Below are positions 62,217 through 64,000 of a stretch of DNA of 64,000 nucleotides, one piece after another (position 1 is the stretch's first letter; each line of letters begins with the position of its first letter). The DNA is from a virus. Its lineage: Duplodnaviria; Caudoviricetes. A program made the translations under genes and the position numbers. Below the pieces are notes generated by a model. That model did not search any database and had not been told where the DNA came from. It saw nothing but the letters and a program-made list of their open reading frames with translations. The stretch lies in IMG/VR virus record IMGVR_UViG_3300032373_000001. The stretch is one strand, 5' to 3'.

Positions 62217-63002
62217 ATGAACCCTATCCGCCGAGCCTTCTATTGGTTCACCTCCAAGCACGGTCCTCGCGAGGGAGCCCTGGTCCTCCGGGACCGCAGC
62301 GTCGTCCCCCTCAACTTCACCGACCCGAACGATCGCGCGAAGGTCGGCGTCAACGAGTCCCAGGCCATCGCCCTGGCGGTCCTCGTCCCCAAGACCGGCG
62401 AGTGGGACTGCAAGATGCAGGCAGCGGTGGGCACCGTGAGCCGCACCGTCGCGGGGAACGGGACCACAGCAGCAGAAGCCATCGAGGACGTCTTCGAGAA
62501 GGCCAACGCCTGGAGGGCTGAGGAGACAGCCCTCCAGGCGGACCCTGTTGCACTCCTGGAGCGAGCACTCAAGGGCCACAACTGGTACAGCCACTTCTCG
62601 GATGACCACCGCACCTACGTCGCGGGGCGCCAGTCCGGGGAAGAGATCGACACCTTGGTGGGCGAGGTCCCCGCTGACGTGGCGTTCCGCCTCTGGACCC
62701 AGCACGCCCCGGATGATGTGTTCTTCCCGGCCTCCCGTGCCCCTGCGCTCCGCAACGCGGTGACCCAGGATGATGTCCCTGACGGCGACATCCACGTTAT
62801 TCGCAAGCTGCCTCTGTGCCGCAGCACCGAGTACGAGGCGTGGAACCCGAGCGGCGCTCTCACCCGCGTGGACGAGCTGGTGACCCTTCCCGGCTGGGGC
62901 CAGTACGATCCCACCATGTTCGCACTCGTCTACGACACTGAGGACCTCGCGGAGGGCGGGGACAAGATGCCGGTCTGGGTCCCGGTTGAGCTGGGGGCTT
63001 GA
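62217..63002 (+). CDS. hypothetical protein
   Basis: AAGGAG RBS before ATG 62217. Confidence 0.7.
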   Translation: MNPIRRAFYWFTSKHGPREGALVLRDRSVVPLNFTDPNDRAKVGVNESQAIALAVLVPKTGEWDCKMQAAVGTVSRTVAGNGTTAAEAIEDVFEKANAWRAEETALQADPVALLERALKGHNWYSHFSDDHRTYVAGRQSGEEIDTLVGEVPADVAFRLWTQHAPDDVFFPASRAPALRNAVTQDDVPDGDIHVIRKLPLCRSTEYEAWNPSGALTRVDELVTLPGWGQYDPTMFALVYDTEDLAEGGDKMPVWVPVELGA

Positions 63003-63041
63003 CCGCACCGTAAGTCGAAGTGTCCGAAGGGAAACCAATTT

Positions 63042-63197
63042 GAAGGAGGCGGCCATGAAGTGAGCACGTGAATCCGTGTGGGAAAACTGTTGTGCCCGAT
63101 AGCCCCCGTGAACGCGAGACGGTGAGGGGGCTGGGATAGGGTCCTGTCCGGTGGAAGGTGCCGGGGAAGTGCGTGGGTTCGAACCCCACCAGGGCTC
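63042..63197 (+). ncRNA. structured non-coding RNA, anticodon-armless tRNA-like domain (copy 2; core 63140-63196)
   Basis: Acceptor GGTCCTG/CAGGGCT; arm CCGGT-GGAAGGT-GCCGG; linker GGAAGTGC; T-arm GTGGG-TTCGAAC-CCCAC. Confidence 0.7.
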
Positions 63198-63214
63198 ATC
63201 GAAGAGGAGAAGCC

Positions 63215-63475
63215 GTGGCCGTGGTTGATGACATACCTACTCTGACCCTGTATCGCTACTGCGACGACATCCGAGATGCGGATGCGTGGCAACAGCGCAT
63301 CCAGTCGGTCGCGGGCAGCCGCGTGGAACGCGATCACGATTTCATCTACGTGAGGGTGCCGACCTACCTGCTCGGAGAGGCTCAGCGGGAATTGGGGGAG
63401 GACGGCATCGGGTTCGCGGGTGATGGGCGGATTTACCCCCTCGCCACCGAAGAGGACTACTCCCCTCGGGAGTAG
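63215..63475 (+). CDS. small hypothetical protein
   Basis: GAGGAG RBS before GTG 63215. Confidence 0.65.
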   Translation: MAVVDDIPTLTLYRYCDDIRDADAWQQRIQSVAGSRVERDHDFIYVRVPTYLLGEAQRELGEDGIGFAGDGRIYPLATEEDYSPRE

Positions 63476-63492
63476 TCCCCCTGCCTGCCGCG

Positions 63493-63519
63493 ACCCCGCC
63501 CCTTCCAGGGCGGGGTTTT
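63493..63519 (+). terminator. terminator
   Basis: ACCCCGCCC/GGGCGGGGT followed by TTT. Confidence 0.7.
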
Positions 63520-63539
63520 CGGGATTTTGGGCCCGCGGT

Positions 63540-63567
63540 TGATTTCCGTCGTTGAATTCGCCCGTAA
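63540..63567 (+). promoter_or_regulatory. class-1 promoter motif
   Basis: Exact motif plus TGAGGGTGA. Confidence 0.8.
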
Positions 63568-63612
63568 TGAGGGTGAACCCCCACCCGCGCCCCGGCGCGG
63601 AGGAGCGAATCG

Positions 63613-63849
63613 ATGCTGAACACCCAGAACATGGCCTGGAACCCGACTACGCGCACCCTCAGCGCGGAGGCCAGCACGCTGGGCCTCGTGCGCGGTCGCC
63701 CGCTGCCCGCCAACCCGGTCGTCCTCTCCCACCACACGGGCGAGATCCGCCAGTTCACCTTCGCCCGCAACGACATGACCCCGGACGCAGAAATTGCCGG
63801 CTGGTGGTTCCGCAGCGGCGACCTCAACCTCCTCCTCATCAACGACTGA
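63613..63849 (+). CDS. small beta-rich protein (paralog of 49055..49342)
   Basis: GGAGGAG RBS. Confidence 0.7.
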   Translation: MLNTQNMAWNPTTRTLSAEASTLGLVRGRPLPANPVVLSHHTGEIRQFTFARNDMTPDAEIAGWWFRSGDLNLLLIND

Positions 63850-63858
63850 AAGCGGCCC

Positions 63859-63887
63859 AAAAGGGCTGACCGGCGGTCAGCCCTTTT
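63859..63887. terminator. terminator
   Basis: AAAAGGGCTGACC-GGC-GGTCAGCCCTTTT. Confidence 0.85.
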
Positions 63888-63913
63888 ATTTCCGCCCCTG
63901 ATTGTGCCCGTAA
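63886..63913 (+). promoter_or_regulatory. class-1 promoter variant overlapping the terminator tail
   Basis: TTATTTC-N15-CCGTAA (one mismatch). Confidence 0.6.
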
Positions 63914-63936
63914 CAACCACGTCAAGGAGAGCACCA

Positions 63937-64000
63937 ATGTTCGTGAACCTCACCCCACACACAATCAACCTCATTGACGGTGAAGCCACCACCACCATCC
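63937..64000 (+). CDS. hypothetical protein, N-terminus only
   Basis: AAGGAG RBS; MFVNLTPHTINLIDGE... Confidence 0.65.
   Translation, partial: MFVNLTPHTINLIDGEATTTI

Noticed and set aside
59287-63196. The two T-arm elements as ordinary tRNA genes or tmRNA
   Set aside because: Only 56-57 nt, no anticodon arm, and no tag ORF or long helix between the D and T arms; reported as ncRNA instead.
17629-63913. Repeated 28-bp motif as CRISPR repeats or integron attC sites
   Set aside because: Dispersed on both strands, variable internal spacer, not palindromic, always oriented into a gene: promoter-like.

Overview
GC-rich (about 60-65% by eye), densely coded 64 kb segment of a large dsDNA bacteriophage, possibly a jumbo phage. 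I see no structural genes, integrase, rRNA, canonical tRNA or CRISPR array. (1) 1-17.5 kb, minus strand: replication/recombination operon with a DnaG-type primase core, split SbcC plus SbcD, beta-clamp-like protein, PD-(D/E)XK nuclease, N4/N6 MTase, RecA, RuvC, SSB-like protein, DEDD exonuclease and RecD2. (2) 17.8-28.2 kb, plus strand: sigma-like protein, an A-rich repeat patch (possible origin), clamp-loader delta'/delta-like genes and a class II RNR. (3) 28.2-37.6 kb, minus strand: DNA base-hypermodification cluster (TET/JBP dioxygenase, amidoligase, class II GATase, LMW-phosphatase::amino-acid:DNA-transferase fusion, 5hmU-DNA-kinase-like P-loop kinase, NT5C) plus a tandem ThyX. (4) 38-64 kb: small accessory gene cassettes, a VWA/MoxR-like pair and two tRNA-like RNAs. 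Highlights: a probably fully post-replicative thymine hypermodification pathway; a shared [FL]D[ML]FG peptide in five DNA-modifying enzymes (candidate clamp-docking motif); two copies of an anticodon-armless tRNA-like RNA with compensatory changes; and a promoter-like motif TGATTTC-N15-CCGTAA with 15 exact copies. All product calls come from motif recognition by eye; no database search was run.
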